Shown piece by piece: positions 63,667-64,000 of a stretch of DNA of 64,000 nucleotides (positions are counted from its first letter, which is position 1; each line of letters opens with the position of its first letter). Source of the DNA: an uncultured Chloroflexia bacterium. Lineage in GTDB: Bacteria > Chloroflexota > Anaerolineae > CG2-30-64-16. The translations under genes were made by a program, and so were the position numbers. The notes under the pieces were generated by a model. The model did not search any database and was not told the origin of the DNA. It saw only the letters and a program-made list of their open reading frames with translations. Location of the stretch: contig CAWEMM010000007.1 of assembly GCA_963810095.1 (NCBI GenBank), forward strand, positions 160,001 to 224,000. Direction: 5' to 3'.

Positions 63667-64000
63667 TTACATCCCCCGCTTGATCAGTTGGTTCAGAGAA
63701 GCCATCTCCTCGCAGAGGATCAGGTGGATGACGGTGCCCATGTCGCGGACGCGCGGGTCGGGGTTCGCCTTGAACCCGGCCAGCGAGCCGCTGATATAGC
63801 CCCGGATGCGCTCCATGCGCCGCTCTGCGTTGCGGGCACGTCGTGTTTCGGGGTCCGCGCCTTCTTCGTTCGCCGGGCCGAGCGCAGCAGTGGCCGCGTT
63901 GATGGCACCGTAGAGCTCGGCCAGCTTGAGCGTGAACGGCCGCTCGATGCCAGCCAGCGGCACGCCGCGGCGGCTCAGCTCGCCCTGCACGCGGGCCACG
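63667..64000 (-). CDS. C-terminal part of a gene running off the window; function unassigned
   Basis: Frame is open to the window edge, helical, and ends DPRVRDMGTVIHLILCEEMASLNQLIKRGM*. Confidence 0.6.
   Translation of the reverse strand, partial: VARVQGELSRRGVPLAGIERPFTLKLAELYGAINAATAALGPANEEGADPETRRARNAERRMERIRGYISGSLAGFKANPDPRVRDMGTVIHLILCEEMASLNQLIKRGM

Overview
High-GC bacterial DNA, most consistent with a Chloroflexota (Anaerolineae/Caldilineae-like) genome: Pro/Thr linkers, xLPLVxR and PxAV-TM C-termini, HisKA_3/NarL systems. Many genes are split by single-base frameshifts, probably long-read assembly indels, so split ORFs are merged here and breakpoints are approximate. Content in order: (1) 0-15.6 kb housekeeping: class A PBP, class II and class I aldolases, PfkA and PfkB kinases, oligoendopeptidase F, ExoIII, NUDIX. 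(2) 16-24.5 kb: a stand-alone ~2,800-aa PfaA-like type I PKS/FAS (KS-AT-KS-ACP-ACP-KR-DH). Both KS domains keep their catalytic residues, both ACPs have Thr instead of the phosphopantetheine-accepting Ser, and a Rex-like operator overlaps the putative -10. (3) PAS/GAF kinase, a secreted sugar-dehydrogenase/Kelch protein and an ABC exporter. (4) ~34.7-57.5 kb, apparently less GC-rich: secreted proteins, a two-component system, a giant MofA/OmpB-like multicopper oxidase, a YcnK-like copper operon (PCuAC, YtkA-like, Met-rich YHS membrane protein, CopA with an extra C-terminal fusion), chrA and modAB. (5) A minus-strand cluster running off the right edge: beta-propeller, TPR-like and membrane-anchored proteins. 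Several families of REP/REPIN-like palindromes lie between genes, and one appears inside a PKS linker. No rRNA, tRNA, CRISPR array or transposase was recognised. All family assignments come from motif recognition by eye; no searches were run.
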